A stretch of DNA of 64,000 nucleotides from Syntrophales bacterium (GTDB lineage: Bacteria; Desulfobacterota; Syntrophia; Syntrophales; CG2-30-49-12). The position numbers and the translations under genes were made by a program. The first letter of the stretch is position 1. Each line of letters begins with the position of its first letter. Location: the NCBI GenBank assembly GCA_030018935.1, contig JASEGZ010000001.1, positions 33,290 to 97,289 of the forward strand. Reading direction: 5' to 3'. This document shows positions 62,723 through 64,000 of the stretch, in pieces. Below the pieces are notes generated by a model. The model did not search any database. It worked only from the letters and a program-made list of their open reading frames with translations, and was not told where the DNA came from.

Positions 62723-64000
62723 ATGAGACAAAGCCTTAGTTGTGAAGCACTGAAACGAAAGGTAACCGATCTGGAGAAGAGGTTAAAAGAGTCTGAACAA
62801 AAGGTAATCCAGCAAGACATCCATGAGGCGACTAAACGCTTTGAGAAGATCGCGGAGATGGGTGATGATGGCATTATCGTCTTCGATGAGGCGTACCGGA
62901 TCGAGTTCGCCAATACCGTTGCCTCTGAACTGACCGGATACCCAAAAGAGAAATTGATAGGAAAGGATTTTCGTTGTCTCCTGATTGAGGGGGATATCGG
63001 TTATCTTGCCCAAATGCATTCAGGATTGGGAGCGGATGAAAGTAAACGGCTCTGTACAGGGATGGAGATCATAACGAGCAGTGGTACAAAAAGGGATGCA
63101 GAGGTCTGCATTACCATTGAGAAGTTGGAGCAGGGGGGGGTAAGGACCTATGCCTATCTCCGGGATATTACGGAGAGAAAAAAGTACGAAAGGGATTTAA
63201 AGGAATCGGAGGAGAAATACCGTAACCTCTTCGAAAGGGTGCGGCATGGCCTCTATATCAGTACCAATGAGGGACGTTTTCTCGACTGCAATCAGGCTTT
63301 GCTTGAGATGTTGGGATACCAGGATAAAAATGAATTTTTGCAGATTGATATCGCCAAGGATCTCTATATGAGGCCGGAAGATCGCACGGCCTTTCAGGGT
63401 TTGATTGAAAAACAGGAATTCGTTAAAGAGCTTGAATTGGAGTTTAAGAAAAAGAATGGCGAGAAGATCACGGTTTTAGTTACTGCCCATGCAAAAAGGG
63501 ATGAAAAGGGAACGATCATAGGGTATGAAGGGATCATGAACGATGTTTCCGAAAGAAAGAGGATGGAAAGAGAACTGAGAGAGGCGAACGAATTCTTAAC
63601 AAATCTGATTGAGAGTTCGGTTGACGCGATCTTTGTAACTGATATGAAGGGTAATATCCTCATCTTTAACAGGGGAGCGGAAAACATCCTGGGCTATACG
63701 GCAGGGGAGGTGGTGGGAAAGATGAATATCAGCAACATCTATCCACCTGGCGTAGCCAGGGAAGTGATGAAGAAACTGAAAATGCCTGATTTTGGAGGGG
63801 TGGGAAAGTTGACTTCCTTTCCTATTACACAACGGAGAAAGGATGGAGAACTGATCGAGGGAGACCTTTCGGCGTCTATCATCTACAATGGGGGGGGAAA
63901 AGAGGTTGCCAGTGTGGGTATCTTTAAGGACTTGAGAGAGAGATTGAGGATAGAGAGAGAACTCCAGAAGACGCAGCAGGCCCTTCTCCAGTCGGAAAAG
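62723..64000 (+). CDS. multi-PAS-domain sensor protein (probably histidine kinase), 3' end outside window
   Basis: Not in the track because it is open to the window end. Manual translation from ATG 62723 gives MRQSLSCEALKRKVTDLEKRL... with three PAS-like blocks separated by coiled-coil linkers (ITERKKYERDLKESEEKYRNLFE; SERKRMERELREANEFLTNLIESS; RERLRIERELQKTQQALLQSEK). Confidence 0.75.
   Translation, partial: MRQSLSCEALKRKVTDLEKRLKESEQKVIQQDIHEATKRFEKIAEMGDDGIIVFDEAYRIEFANTVASELTGYPKEKLIGKDFRCLLIEGDIGYLAQMHSGLGADESKRLCTGMEIITSSGTKRDAEVCITIEKLEQGGVRTYAYLRDITERKKYERDLKESEEKYRNLFERVRHGLYISTNEGRFLDCNQALLEMLGYQDKNEFLQIDIAKDLYMRPEDRTAFQGLIEKQEFVKELELEFKKKNGEKITVLVTAHAKRDEKGTIIGYEGIMNDVSERKRMERELREANEFLTNLIESSVDAIFVTDMKGNILIFNRGAENILGYTAGEVVGKMNISNIYPPGVAREVMKKLKMPDFGGVGKLTSFPITQRRKDGELIEGDLSASIIYNGGGKEVASVGIFKDLRERLRIERELQKTQQALLQSEK

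Overview
64-kb chromosomal window from an anaerobic, selenocysteine-using bacterium. Gene content looks Desulfobacterota/Nitrospirota-like, but the taxon cannot be fixed from sequence alone. (1) 1-8.7 kb is a minus-strand housekeeping block: hisD(partial)-murA-prmC-prfA-rpmE-rho-rluD-selA. (2) 8.7-19.3 kb is an accessory island that reads as a complete chromosomal integron. It has an IntI-type integrase (16436-17746), an attI region, and a divergent minus-strand array of about ten attC-like palindromes. The cassettes carry two toxin-antitoxin pairs, a two-gene restriction-modification cassette, a DUF2971 protein and several small membrane or lipoprotein genes of unknown function. intI overlaps (ATGA) the start of a Pif1-family helicase with a WYL-like C-terminus. 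(3) 19.4-37.2 kb is core metabolism: purF, carB, hemN-like radical SAM, def-gcvH-lipA-lpdA, yhhQ, an IS1595 transposase remnant, valS, nadC-birA-coaX-coaE and a Cam-type gamma carbonic anhydrase. (4) 37.3-62.7 kb is a Wood-Ljungdahl supercluster: fhs, folD, an Fe-S protein, acsE, archaeal-type cdhD/A/B/C/E, NuoEF-like proteins, two cooC paralogues, a URO-D/MetE-like protein, hdrCBA, a UGA(Sec)-containing mvhD, and metV-metF. The acsE-cdhD junction is interrupted by a 2.2-kb block with two more TA modules and attC-like palindromes, bounded by a 10-nt direct repeat. (5) The window ends in a partial multi-PAS sensor gene. Two window-wide oddities stand out. A 60-nt perfect (77/74-nt overall) direct repeat of the hemN-like 3' end brackets 15.4 kb that includes the integron. 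Four families of intergenic tandem-heptamer (STRR-like) repeats often form long hairpins. No tRNA, rRNA or CRISPR array was recognised. All homology calls come from reading motifs by eye; no database search was run.
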